From Octopus sinensis (taxonomy: Eukaryota): a DNA stretch of 64,000 nucleotides. The number at the start of each line of letters is the position of its first letter. Within the stretch, counting starts at the first letter, position 1. Under the pieces are notes generated by a model. That model saw only the letters and a program-made list of their open reading frames with translations, was not told the origin of the DNA and did no database searches. Both the position numbers and the translations under genes were made by a program. The stretch is from contig NC_043021.1 in the NCBI RefSeq assembly GCF_006345805.1, positions 4,464,001-4,528,000 on the forward strand, written 5' to 3'. This document shows positions 12,001 through 23,577 of this stretch, piece by piece.

Positions 12001-15000
12001 CCGGCTCTGGCTCTGAGTACAAATGTCTTGTTTTCATAAGTTTTGAATTAAAATCTTCCACCAAACCTTAGTCACAATTTATGTTCCTAACACTAGCTGA
12101 ATGATAACTGAGTTATTTTACTAAATTCTTTATTATATTTAAAGTTATTGAAAGAAACACAGAGCATCTCAACATAAATACAGTAACAAAAGGGTTAATG
12201 AAGAATAAATTTAAATAACGATGGTTACCTATATGAATTTTATTTTTTTTTCATTTCTTTCAAGGGGCCTCTTTCCTTAGAAATGCTACTACAAAAGTTT
12301 ATAACTAGTGAAACAGTGTTCAATGTCGATTGTCCAGGATGTACAAATAAATCAGACATCAGCCAGACGAAAGTAATACAGTCAAACTTTCTGAAGAAAC
12401 TAAGTATTGGAAAAGTAAGTTTTTCTTAATTTTTTTTTACTTGAAATCATGCAAAAAAAAAAATTAACAATTTTAATATTTTTCACTCTGATTAACATAA
12501 TTAATGTATAAAGTGACATTTGCCTATGAATTAATTATGATAATGCAAGTATATTGTTTTCTTACCCCATAGTGTCTCTTCAATTTAACTGAGACTCTGG
12601 TTCATCAACCCATCTCAAAATCCTTTGCTTTTCATCTTAAATTGTTACTCATTCATTGATTTTTTTTTAATCATTGTTCAACAATGCTTACTTGACTTTA
12701 ATATAGGCTGAGTGAGTGCTAAAGGCCTCGTCAAGTACTTCACTGCTTATATCTAATTTGGCTGTATGATTAAGAATTTTGTTTCCCAACTCAGATGGGA
12801 ATGTTTGCTCATTTTTGTTCAAATTATGCAAATTACTTTGATCATAAATGTGTTTTACTTCTCTTTTGTGATGTACACACAGAAATGGTCAAGAATTTTG
12901 TTCTTACCTTTTGAAGGGGTGTAGTTAGTTCTATTTTGGACTAAAGATTCATCCTCATTCATGCATTACTCAAAAAAGTGGAGGCGCAATGGCCCAGTGG
13001 TTAGGGCAGCAGACTCGTGGTCGTAGGATCGCGGTTTCGAATCCCAGACCGGGCGTTGTGAGTGTTTATTGAGCGAAAACACCTAAAGCTCCATGAGGCT
13101 CCGGCAGGGATGGTGGTGATCTCTGCTGTACTCTTTCACCACAGCTTTCTCTCACTCTTACTTCCTGTTTCTGTTGTACCTTAATTACAAAGGGCCGGCC
13201 TTGTCACACTGAATATCCCCGGAACTATGTTAAGGGTACACGTGTCTGTGGAGTGCTCAGCCACTTACACGTTAATTTCACGAGCAGGCTGTTCTGTTGA
13301 TCGGATCAACCGGAACCCTCATCGTAACAGATGGAGTGCTTCCTATTACTCAAAAAAAGTCACAAAGACTGAAACCAGTATTAAAATGTTCTTCATGAAA
13401 AATTATTTTATTATTTTCTACCTTGTCTTATTTTCCCATGATAGATCACTAGCCGCTTTACCTTTTTCTATTTTCTCTTCCTGTTTATTTCTGTGTTCCT
13501 TTCTGTCGAAGAGCATAGGCTCGAAACGTAAAAGACTTTCTCACTTCCCGAGCGTTAAACTAATACATCTGTTTGTTGTTTATACACCTGACTTCGTCTT
13601 TTGCTTTTTGTAAATTCTCGCTATACATATAGTATTTAGATGTAACCTCCACAAATTGTTTTCTGTTGCAGTTACCACAGTGTTTATGCCTGCATATTCC
13701 CAGAACACATTGGTTAAACAACAATGTTCCAGTCAAACGATTTGAACGAATATCTTTTCCTGAAACTCTTCAAATGGATGAATTTATTTACATGGGTGTT
13801 GGTTCTGCTGGTGAGAAGGACCGCAAGAACTGGTTGTTTGGAGGCAGAGCTTCTAATGTCAATCGGTAGGTCATTTTGTAGTATGAATACTCTCCTTTAC
13901 TCTTTTACTTGTTTCAGTCATTTGACTGCGGCCATGCTGGAGCACCACCTTTAATCGAGCAACTCGACCCCGGGACTTATTCTTTTGTAAGCCCAGTACT
14001 TATTCTATCGGTCTCTTTTGCCGAACTGCTAAGTAACGGGGACATAAACACACCAGCATCGGTTGTCAAGCATTGCTAGGGGGACAAACACAGACACACA
14101 AACACACACATACATATATACGACGGGCTTCTTTCAGTTTCCGTCTACCAAATCCACTCACGAGGCTTTGGTCGGCCCGAGGCTATAGGAGAAGACACTT
14201 GCCCAAGGTGCCACGCAGTGGGACTGAACCCAGAACCATGTGGTTGGTAAACAAGCTACTTACCACACAGCCACTCCTGCTTCAGTATTTTGAATATTTA
14301 TCACATTATCATTATTCGGTCCTCACTGTTGGTTGTGAATACTGGGTAATGACCGAAAGTGTATGGTAGCGAATACAAGTGACAGAAGTGGTATTCCTTT
14401 GAAGAGTCTCTCAAGTAATGTTACTCATCAGAGTGCATAGCTTGGAGATCAGGGAATCTCTCCAGGTCAAGTTGCTACTTCTCTGCGTTGAGGGGTCACA
14501 GTATGTGATTAGACTGTCATAGGAAAGAATCACGAGATGGATTATTCAAACCAAGCCAGCCAGCAGGAGACTAAGGGACAGACCAAGAACAAGATGGTTG
14601 GATAATGTCCATAGTCTCAGTTGGTCATGCTTAGGAATGCAGCCAGAAAATCTAATGGTGGTTTCTTCTGATAGGACCCTAAGGTGGAGGTACCTGAGGA
14701 CTCTACTCCCACAATCCTCCCAGGAATGATATGTGGAGAAGATAGATGGATTATCATTCATATTAGTAATATCCTTGAATTTTATCTTCCAGCACATTTT
14801 TTAATTGGTTCCTAAATTGGAATTATGTTTTACTTTGCTTGCGAAGACATGTTGGGGCAAGCGAAAGCGAAATCGAATTGAACCAGCCAGGATCCCTGGT
14901 CTGGTGGTACGTAAAAAGCACTATCCGACTCGTGGCCAATGCCAGTGCCGCCTCGACTGGCTTCTGTGCCGGTGGCACATAAAATACACCAATCCGACCG

Positions 15001-17520
15001 TGGCCGTTGCCAGCCTCGCCTGGCACCTGTGCAGGTGGCATGTAAAAAGCACCCACTACACTCACGGATTGGTTGGCGTTAGGAAGGGCATCCAGCTGTA
15101 GAAACATTGCCAGATAAGACTGGAGTCTGGTGCAGCCTTCTGGCATCCCAGATCCCCGGTCGAACCGTCCAACCCATGCCAGCATGGAGAACGGACGTTA
15201 AACGATGATGATGAAGGTGTGAAAATTGTTTGATTCATCCCATTTCAGAACGTTGTATTCTTCTATTAGAAGAATACAATGAACTCCATACCACAAACTT
15301 ATAAAACACTCATTGTGATGTTACAGTGCTGCAGTAGGACTTATAGCTAGATAGACTGAGATTTTCAGAGTGTGTAGGTTATAAATTCAGTACTGTAGCT
15401 GTGACATATTACCCATCCTTTTTTCAGTAGATCAAATACCCTATCAACCCAGGCAATCACTTTTGAATACTCAAAAGTAAAGCGTGTCATCTAATCTTAT
15501 TTCATTTTCTTCAAAATCTATGCATGAAATTAAAGTTAGGCGCAGGAGTGGCTGCGTGGTAAGTAGCTTGCTAACCAACCACATGGTTGTGGGTTCAGTC
15601 CCACTGCGTGGCATCTTGGGCAAGTGTCTTCTGCTATAGCCCCGGGCCGACCAATGCCTTGTGAGTGGATTTGGTAGTTGGAAACTGAAAGAAGCCTGTC
15701 GTATATATGTATATATATATATAAGTGTGTGTGTGTGTGTTTGTGTCTCTGTGTTTGTCCCCCTAGCATTGCTTGACAACCGATGCTGGTGTGTTTACGT
15801 CCCCGTCACTTAGCGGTTCGGCAAAAGAGACCGATAGAATAAGTACTGGGCTTACAAAGAATAAGTCCCGGGGTCGATTTGCTCGACTAAAGGCTGTGCT
15901 CCAGCATGGCCACAGTCAAATGACTGAAACAAGTAAAAGAGTAACTCTTTAATTGGTGTTTTCAATTGTTAAAGGATTAAGGATAAATTTAACCCATTCA
16001 GATTAATCTGTCCAATGTAATGCTTATTTGTTTGTTATTTTTAATTAATCAGGTTCAAGAGGGGTGTCCACAATATTTACTTGCAACTTTAATTTTTTAA
16101 TATAAACTTGAAATTTTGTCAGTGGATGTTTAAATACCAATGATTTACACTTAAGTAATTTTAGCTGATCTTTTTTGTTAAATTTGACTTCTGTGGGCAG
16201 GTAAAATTAATTAACAAGTATAAAAGCATTAACTTTATGGATAAACACTAAAATTGAAATCCTACCTGTTTGATTTGTTACTTAAATTATCCCAAATGTC
16301 AACCTCCAACAATTTTGTCACTTTCAAGATCAGGTACATTGATTTGAATTGTTTAAAGAAAAAAATACAGGTATAACTGGTACAAGACTCTTGCCCAAAG
16401 TGCCACACAATGGGACTGGACTCAAAACCCTGTGGTTTGGAAGCAAGCTTCTTATCATACAGCCACGCCTGTGCCTATAATTATTCTCTTATCGGCGGCG
16501 AGCTGGCAGACACGTTAGTGCGCCGGGCAAAATGCTTAGCGGTATTTCGTCTGTCGTTACGTTCTGAGTTCAAATTCCGCCGAGGTCGACTTTGCTTTTC
16601 ATCCTTTCGGGGTCGATAAATAAAGTACCAGTTTCGCACTGGGGTCAATGTAATCGACTTAATCCGTGTGTTTGTCCTTGTTTGTCCCCTCTGTGTTTAG
16701 CCCCTTGTGGGTAATAAAGAAATAGGTATTTCGTCTGTCCTTATGTTCTGAGTTCAAATTCCACCGAGGTCGACTTTGCTTTTCATCCTTTCGGGGTCGA
16801 TTAAATAAAGTACCAGTTTCGCACTGGGGTCGATGTAATTGACTTAATACCTATGTCTGTCCTTGTTTGTCCACTCTGTATTTAGCCCCTTGTGGGTAAT
16901 AAAGAAATAGGTATTTCGTCTGTCCTTAAGTTCAAATTCCACCGAGGTCGACTTTGCCTTTCATCCTTTCGAGGTCGATAAATAAAGTGCTAGTTTCGCA
17001 CTGGGGTCGATGTAATCGACTTAATCCCTTTGTCTGTCCTTGTTTGTCCCCTCTGTGTTTAGCCCTTGTGGGCAATGAAGAAATATATAACTACTCTCTT
17101 GCTGAATTTGTTTTTTTTTTCTTTCCCAGATCACTAACCAGACTAACATCATCATCAGCAGCTGTAAACTTACTACGAGCCTTAAATCACCATTCACAGA
17201 CCACTATGAATGAATTTCTGGCGACGCCTACATTGCAAAGTGCCATGTATTCCAATGTGCAAACAGATGTCAACCAAAATGGCCCTAATCCACCTAAATA
17301 TGACCTGAGTGCGCACACTTACAGACTTATTGCCGTGATTGAACACATTGGAGACGTAGTGAGCGGTCATTTTGTTTCATACAGACGTTGTCCCACATGC
17401 AAGTCAGGAGAGAAGCACAGTGATAAATGGCTTTTCACCTCTGACACAGTTGTGAAAAAAGTCAGTCTGACTCAAGTATTGAACTCTGAAGCATATATGT
17501 TATTTTACGAGAAGGTTTGA
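1..17520 (+). CDS. USP30: Ubiquitin-specific peptidase 30, spliced model join(<1..64,4416..4586,5766..5863,7062..7160,8524..8724,12265..12414,13672..13865,17130..17520); 455 aa within window, N-terminus lies upstream
   Basis: All introns GT-AG with matching phases (1,1,0,0,0,0,2); 1368 nt in total. TM/basic anchor YVLWGPPHKKKSRKK, Cys box GLENLGNTCFLNAVLQAL, EQDAHELF, His box HIGDVVSGHFVSYRR, WLFTSD and EAYMLFYEKV* match the USP30 family pattern. Confidence 0.95.
1401..1799. mobile_element. MITE with about 92-bp terminal inverted repeats and 8-bp TSD gggttagg
   Basis: 1401-1492 is the near-perfect reverse complement of 1707-1799; gggttagg at 1393-1400 and 1800-1807. Confidence 0.85.
2090..3200 (-). 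mobile_element. Decayed, internally deleted R4/Dong-like (restriction-like endonuclease) non-LTR retrotransposon
   Basis: ORF pieces INHLLYMDELKLF (RT) and AAQNQALRTNWIK...CRLYKSKEESVAHIVSEC...RHD (C-terminal CCHC/RHD region). Confidence 0.7.
3436..3669 (+). mobile_element. SINE family A copy (tRNA-like head gagctggcagaa...gagttcaaattcc)
   Basis: A/B-box-like head plus body recurring more than 10 times in the window. Confidence 0.8.
3960..4242 (+). mobile_element. 3' end fragment of RTE-like LINE with (CAAGTA)n tail
   Basis: AQDHRAWAAMVRDA-like terminal motif followed by caagtacaagta. Confidence 0.45.
4416..4586 (+). CDS. USP30: USP30 exon 2, Cys box (catalytic Cys codon 4451-4453)
   Basis: ttcag acceptor, YAPGLENLGNTCFLNAVLQALAPC, donor gtaatc. 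Confidence 0.95.
5766..5863 (+). CDS. USP30: USP30 exon 3
   Basis: ttttcag acceptor, EVLNALRSRWVIPDDEQ, donor gtcagt. Confidence 0.92.
5954..6325 (+). mobile_element. SINE family C, full-length, TSD gattaacagag
   Basis: tRNA-like head ggaggcgcaatggcccagtggttagg; TSD at 5943-5953 repeated after the element. Confidence 0.85.
6459..6745 (-). mobile_element. SINE family D (RTE-type (GAT)n tail)
   Basis: catcattgtttaacgtc...ggatgcccttcctaa block shared with 7236, 7822, 10797, 14905 and 19475 copies. Confidence 0.75.
6765..7010 (-). mobile_element. Fragment of a LINE AP-endonuclease domain (CR1/L2/Jockey-like)
   Basis: RSDRKDKNHGEVTVYLHEDL...SNSVCDTLIVHIK and, in another frame, IVMCTTYHSPDA resemble APE motifs RxDR..GGV and IYRPP. 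Confidence 0.5.
7062..7160 (+). CDS. USP30: USP30 exon 4
   Basis: cttag acceptor, DAHELFHALTQTLAEE...LFDVSALQ, donor gtaagt. Confidence 0.94.
7236..7519 (-). mobile_element. SINE family D copy
   Basis: Same body and (CAT)n end as other D copies. Confidence 0.78.
7822..7999 (-). mobile_element. SINE family D copy, truncated
   Basis: Same 3' portion as other D copies. Confidence 0.75.
8270..8460 (-). mobile_element. SINE family B, 5' part
   Basis: Reverse complement of head ggctgtgtggtaag...ttcagtcccactgcgtggca. Confidence 0.7.
8524..8724 (+). CDS. USP30: USP30 exon 5
   Basis: ttgcag acceptor, HPFRGHFASQLTCQSC...FDSLSLNIP, donor gtaagt. Confidence 0.94.
8826..10667. repeat. 41-bp minisatellite, about 45 copies, in USP30 intron 5
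   Basis: Unit gtagatattgagttaaaagtacggatgtgtggatgtacttt; period 41 (8826, 8867...). Confidence 0.95.
10797..11094 (-). mobile_element. SINE family D copy
   Basis: (CAT)n then cgtttaacgtccgctttccatgctagc. Confidence 0.8.
12265..12414 (+). CDS. USP30: USP30 exon 6
   Basis: tttcaag acceptor, SLEMLLQKFITSETVFNVDCPGC...KLSIGK, donor gtaagt. Confidence 0.92.
12980..13344 (+). mobile_element. SINE family C, full-length, TSD attactcaaaaaagt
   Basis: TSD at 12965-12979 and from 13345. Confidence 0.85.
13672..13865 (+). CDS. USP30: USP30 exon 7
   Basis: ttgcag acceptor, LPQCLCLHIPRTHW...FPETLQMDEF, donor gtaggt, phase 2. Confidence 0.93.
13888..14280 (-). mobile_element. SINE family B, full-length
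   Basis: tRNA-like head, internal (TA)/(TG) microsatellite, (GAGTAAAA)n tail; begins about 20 nt after the exon 7 donor. Confidence 0.85.
14400..14740 (+). mobile_element. Degenerate RTE-clade LINE C-terminal fragment
   Basis: IQTKPASRRLRDRPRTRWLDNV resembles the RTE RxxGRPxxRW motif. Confidence 0.5.
14905..15213 (+). mobile_element. SINE family D copy
   Basis: Ends cggacgttaaacgatgatgatg. Confidence 0.8.
15539..15943 (+). mobile_element. SINE family B, full-length
   Basis: ggcgcaggagtggctg head to gagtaa tail. Confidence 0.85.
16494..17084 (+). mobile_element. SINE family A, head plus three tandem bodies (about 185-bp period)
   Basis: Junctions aaagaaatag|gtatttcgtctg at 16725/16726 and 16910/16911. 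Confidence 0.85.
17130..17520 (+). CDS. USP30: USP30 exon 8 (last coding), His box; His codon 17368-17370, Ser codon 17440-17442, stop tga 17518-17520
   Basis: tttcccag acceptor; YRLIAVIEHIGDVVSGHFVSYRR, KWLFTSDTVV, YMLFYEKV*. Confidence 0.94.
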
Positions 17521-18544
17521 TCGGTGTACTTTGGACACATTTTTTGCACCATTATTCAGCAGTATCTGCAGTTGAGAGCACACACACACACACTCACACA
17601 CAAACACACACACATGGTATTCAACTCTGTAGGAGGATGTAGAATATTTTAAATTATCTTATTTTCTGAATGTACTGTAAATGACATTTAATTGCACATT
17701 CATTAGTGTACGTTGTAGCAGACTGAATGAATACGGTGCTGATTTGCATTGCGTTAGGATACATGGTTCATATCCAACATTAGTACTGACGTTGTCTCTA
17801 ATAATTCTATATCATCCAGTTCATTGCTAGAACTAGCAAGATCACTGTAAATGAGGAACATTGGAATACTGAGCTCAGATCGTCCCAAGGGCCTGAGGAA
17901 GAGGCATTGGGAAAAATGGCTCAGACCAACCCAGTATTAATTGATAACAAAGCAGTCTTCACATGGTGCTCCAGGATTCTTCTTATACTTTGTTTTCACA
18001 ATAAGGAATGCCATCAGTGCAGTTACTGATAAGATTCCATCCTTTCAACTGAAGTGTGAGTGAGAGAGAATTTTCATTGTATTTAATGTGGGTGGTTGAT
18101 GTAAATTGAGCATGTTAAAACAAAAAAAAAAACCATATCTGGACTTTTTAACAGTTGCTGCTTTACCATGTTACCATTTTCTTTTTTAAATGAATTCTTA
18201 AAATGACTATTTAGATACTTGAAGACTGAAAAATATGATTAAAAATCATGGGAAATTCTTTACATAAAAGAAAGCTTTATTGATGTTGTCATACAAAATG
18301 CCCAGATATACAGAACCCAAAGTACCAGAATTCTCTAAGTTTTCTTCTACTTTTGGCTGGAATCCTGTTCATTAATTTGGGCTTTAATTCCCACCAGGAA
18401 CTCTTTAAAATGTTGCTATTTCTTTTGTAGAAATTGTTGGTTTTATTAAAACCAGAAATCAAGAAATAAAAAATTGATATCTCCAAATGTTCTCTAAATA
18501 TAAATGAACACATTTTTTTATTGCAATGGTTTAAAAATAACTAA

Positions 18545-18716
18545 GGCGCAGGAGTGGCTGTGTGGTAAGTAGCTTGCTAACCAACCACATGGTTCCGGGT
18601 TCAGTCCCACTGCATGGCATCTTGGGCAAGTGTCTTCTGCTATAGCCCCGGGCCGACCAATGCCTTGTGAGTGGATTTGGTAGACGGAAAACTGAAAGAA
18701 GCCTGTCGTATATATG

Positions 18717-18747
<31 letters not shown>

Positions 18748-18947
18748 TTGTCCCCCTAGCATTGCTTGACAACCGATGCTGGTGTGTTTACGTCCCCGTC
18801 ACTTAGCGGTTCGGCAAAAGAGACCGATAGAATAAGTACTGGGCTTACAAAGAATAAGTCCCGGGATCGATTTGCTCGACTAAAGGCGGTGCTCCAGCAT
18901 GGCCGCAGTCAAATGACTGAAACAAGTAAAAGAGAGAGTAAAGAGTA
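18545..18947 (+). mobile_element. SINE family B, full-length
   Basis: Near-identical to the 15539 copy. Confidence 0.85.
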
Positions 18948-19474
18948 AGGGAAGTTGAGATGGTTATGTCACCTGTGTAAGTCCACTCTTTTAATAATTA
19001 ACTATTTTGTTGGGTGTCTCTCTTGTTCTCCATTAACCCTTTAGTGATCTGATTATTCAACCAAACATAATGCCTATTGATTCCCATTGATTTGAATTAA
19101 TCATGCATTATCCCATATCTTCAAGATCTTGATGGTGTAATTACTTAATGTAGAATAACATTGTAGGGTAGGTGTGAGAGCCTGGATCTGGTCAGTTTGA
19201 ACATAAAACAGGTTAGCTCTTTTGGCCGGATATGGCCAGTTTAAATACTAAAAGGTTAAATCACTTGAACAAAAATTCAGTTATCTGTTTTGTGGTTTAC
19301 TCTCCATTTTACTTTTCAGACAATCGTATTACTTATAGTCTAAATTAGTACATGTATGCAAAGATGATATTTGATGAAGTCGAGATCCAGTTGAGACCAG
19401 CAGTATTTTGATGTCTGTTTCTCACTGAGTTTACAAGAAAGTATTTCTTTTAACATCTCCAGAATTATATATAG

Positions 19475-19776
19475 TTGTGCCGGTGGCACGTAGCACCATC
19501 CATTCGTGGCCGTTGCCAGCCTCGCCTGGCCCCCGTGCCGGTGGCACATAAAAAACACCATCCGTCCATGGCCGTTTGCCAGCTCCGTCTGGCACCTGTG
19601 CGGGTGGCACGTAAAAAGCACCCACTACACTCACGGAGTGGTTGGCATTAGGAAGGGCATCCAGCTGTAGAAACACTGCCAGATCAGACTGGGCCTGATG
19701 CAGCCTTCTGGCTTCACAGACCCCAGTTGAACCGTCCAACCCATGCTAGCATGGAAAGCGGATGCTAGAGGATGAT
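19475..19776 (+). mobile_element. SINE family D copy
   Basis: aggaagggcatccagctgtagaaac...gcggatgctagaggatgat. Confidence 0.75.
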
Positions 19777-19786
19777 TTATGGTGGC

Positions 19787-20100
19787 GTCAACCAGTTTCC
19801 TGAAACGGTCAGGAATGGAATGAACAACCTTCTGAAGTGTGTCGTCTGGGATATCATTGACAACCTCCTGACTCCATGTCTCTAAGTCCTCCAGTGTGCC
19901 AGGTTTTGTCTTGTACATCTCTTTTATGTAACCCCACAGTTAAAAATCACATGAAGTGAGATCTGGACTTCTTGGAAGCCATTCATGAGGTCCGTGTCGT
20001 CCCATCCAAAATCCTAGAAAATGTTGGTCTAACCATGCACGCACAGTGAGAGCATAATACCAAACTTAACCAAAGCGGTACATGAAACATTGACAAAACC
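19787..20100 (-). mobile_element. Tc1/mariner-superfamily transposase C-terminal fragment
   Basis: WLPRSPDLTSCDF*LWGYIKEMYKTKP. Confidence 0.65.
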
Positions 20101-20116
20101 TAAAAATAAAAATCTA

Positions 20117-20519
20117 GGTGCAGGAGTGGCTGTGTGGTAAGTAGCTTCCTTACCAACCACATGGTTCCGGGTTCAGTCTCACTGCGTGGCACCTATGGCA
20201 AGTGTCTTCTACTATAGCCTTGGGCCGACCAAAGCCTTGTGAGTCGATTTGGTAGACGGAAACTGAAAGAAGCCTGTCGTATATATGTATATATATATAT
20301 GTGTGTGTGTGTGTGTCCGTGTTTGTCCCCCTAACATTGCTTGACAACCGATGCTGGTGTGTTTAAGTCCCCGTCACTTAGCGGTTCGGCAAAAGAGACC
20401 GATAGAATAAGTACTGGGCTTACAAAGAATAAGTCCTGGGGTCGATTTGCTCGACTAAAGACAGTGCTCCAGCATGGCCGCAGTCAAATGACTGAAACAA
20501 GTAAAAGAGTAAAGAGAGT
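20117..20519 (+). mobile_element. SINE family B, full-length
   Basis: Same structure as other B copies. Confidence 0.85.
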
Positions 20520-21760
20520 TTACTTGCCATGAGATAAAGGGAAAGAACTCTGCATAATTTCTCGTGAAATATGATAGACTAGCGATAGAACATTTAAACA
20601 ATGACAGACTGTATTCTGAAGTGACAGATAAAACCACGACCGGAAGTGAGGACTGAATTAACACCGCATGGACAGACATTTGTAGATGGAGATAAATACA
20701 GGAACAACTTCATTACAAAGGACAGTAGATTGACCAGATTGTATCATCTCATTAAAACACACAAGGAGAACAACATGATCCAGATTAGACCCAGCGTAGA
20801 AGGACCCCTATATAAAATATCCTGGCTGTTTTCTCTCGTCCTGAAACCCATACGCTCCACCTTCCCTGGACACGTCAAGAACTCTGGCGAAGTCATCAAA
20901 AGATTGCGCCAACTCCCCACAGACCAACTGAGACAAAACAGATATGCCTTTAGTCTTGACGTTGTCTCTATGTACACAAATGTGCCAGCACACTCGGCGA
21001 TTGACTGCATATTTGCGTCTGACATTCATTGATTCGAACTTACCACAGCTAATATACATCAATTTTTATCCATCATCGTGGACAACACCTGCTTCGGATC
21101 TTTTTCATTTTGATAGCCAGATTTCAACATGTTGTCTGAGCTTTTAGACGCAGCAAATGATTTCAGCTCAAATACTGGCGATTCATTGGTTAAAATTCGA
21201 AGAATTAAACTACGTTGAACTTACAAATTACAAATTTATTTATAAAAAAAACCCAAGTGAAAATAATGTTTTCTTTTGACACATTCTACCAGTATACGAA
21301 GTTTCAAATTGTGTAGTTAACTAGAAATTGTGTTGAAATCTGGCTATCAAAAGGAAAAGATCTCCTACTTCTCTTTCTATGACCACATATACAAAGAGAC
21401 AACAGGTCTCCCCATGGGATCCAGTCTCTCGGGCCTACTAGCCATCACCTATATGAACCATCTGGAACGTTGAGCACTCAACATCTGTCGCTCACGCGCC
21501 TTCTTCACCAGGTACGTAGATGACATCTTCGTACTCACATGCTTCCGTGAAGAGGCTGACAATATTTACGACGTTCAGCAACATGGACACGAACATAAAG
21601 TTCACTATAGAACATCCCGACAACACTGGATCACTATCGCTACTTGACTTCCAACTAAAAATAACGGAAGAAGGAGAGATCCATACCGAGTTCTACAGGG
21701 AAGCAGCTAGAGGAAGATGTTTGTTAACTACAGTTCAGCTTAGCCACTCGGTGCCAAATT
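20520..21760 (+). mobile_element. Decayed Penelope-like retroelement RT, interrupted at about 21050-21345
   Basis: LYHLIKTHK, AFSLDVVSMYTNVP, GLPMGSSLSGLLA, RYVDDIF and LDFQLK motifs with frameshifts. Confidence 0.75.
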
Positions 21761-21763
21761 ATA

Positions 21764-21798
<35 letters not shown>

Positions 21799-21801
<3 letters not shown>

Positions 21802-23577
21802 GTGTGTGAGAGAAAATTGTGATGTCACAGGAGAGAAATGCGTCCGCATGGATGATGGTGCACTTGCTTTTAGTGTTTCTGAAAAGAAAGAGGCTTGGAG
21901 AAGCCATTATGAAAGACTACTGAATGTGGAGAGTGAATGGGTGGAGGAGAGCCTACCAAATGTTGACCCAGTAGAGGGACCAGCTATCTCAATAGAAAGC
22001 TCCCTAGTAGATAAAGCAATTAAGGGTATGAAGCCAGGAAAAGCCCCCGGCCCATCAGGAATCGCTGCTGAGATGCTTAAAGCATCTGGTGGTGTGGGCT
22101 ATGACCTAGTCACCCGCATTGTAAACCAGGTAGTTCATAACGGAGTCATACCCAATGACTGGCGTAGCAGCACCATAGTCAACTGCTACAAGGGTAAAGG
22201 TGATGCTCAAGATAGAAATACCTACAGGGGTATTAAACTGCTGGATCAGGTGATGAAGGTCACAGAGAGGTTCATAGCCCATCTCATTAGGGAGAGAGTC
22301 TGCTTAGATGAGATGCAGTTCGGTTTTGCACCACTGATGCCATATTCCAGGTTCGACAACTGCAGGAGAAATACCTAGCTAAAGACAAACCCCTCTACTT
22401 AGCTTTTGTGGACTTGGAGAAAGCCTTTGACAGGGTCCCCCGATCTCTTATCTGGTGTGCAATGCGGAAACTGGGAATTGACGAATGGGTGATAAGGGCT
22501 GTACAGGCCCTATACAGAGAGGCCGTTAGTAGGGTTAGGATTGGCAACAAGTATAGTGAAGAATTCCGAGTAGAAGTAGGGGTCCACCAAGGTTCAGCCC
22601 TCAGTCCCCTTTTATTCATCATAGTCCTCCAGGCAATAACAGAGGAGTTCAAGACGGGTTGCTCCTGAGAGCTCCTCTATGCTGATGACCTGGCCCTCAT
22701 AGCAGAATCACTACCGGAACTAGAAAAGAAATTTCTGGTGTGTAAGCTAGGTTTACAATCAAAAGGCCTTAGAGTATGAAGAGTATGTAGCAAAGACCAA
22801 AGTTATAGTAAGCAGGAAGGCGAACTCATCAAACACACACTCAGGTAGGTGGCCCTGCTCGATCTGTAGAAAAGGTGTGGGTAGAAACTCTATAAGATGT
22901 ACGCTAAGGACGCATAAGAGGTGCAGCAACATCAAAGGAAAATTAACCGAGAAGATAGCTTTCGTGTGAGGCAGATACACAGGGGCAATTGATACTCAGA
23001 AAACAGATTCCATCACACTCCAGGAGGAGAAACTAGAAGTAGTTGATAGTTTCCGCTACCTAGGTGACCAAGTTAGTAGTGGAGGTGGATGCTCAGAGTG
23101 TCACCACTAGAATACGAATAACCTGGGCAAAGTTTAGAAAGCGTCTACCCCTACTGGTGACAAAGGGTCTCTCGCTCAGAGTGAAAGGTAGATTGTACGA
23201 CGCATGTGTGCGAACTGCCATGCTTCACGGTAGTGAAACATGGGCTGTGACTGCAGAGGACATGCGTAGACTTGAAAGAAATGAAGCTAGCATGATCCGC
23301 TGGATGTGTAATGTCAGTGTGCACGCACGACAGAGTGTAAGCGCCCTGAGAGAAATGCTGGATATAAGAACCATTGGATGTTGTGTGCAAGAGAGACGTT
23401 TGCTCTGGTATGGTCATGCATTACGGATGGTTGAGGAGAGATGTGTGAAGAAGTGCCACTCCCAAACAGTTGAAGGCATCCATGGGAGAGGTAGACCCAG
23501 GAAGACATGGGATGAGGTGGTCAAGCTTGACTTTCGAACGTTGGGCCTCACAGAGGCAATGACGAAAGACCGAGATC
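21799..23577 (+). mobile_element. 5'-truncated RTE-clade LINE (RT plus C-terminal domain), inactivated by stops and frameshifts
   Basis: KAPGPSGIAAEMLK, YRGIKLL, DLEKAFDRVP, GVHQGSALSPLLF, LLYADDL, HGSETW, GRGRPRKTW. Confidence 0.9.
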
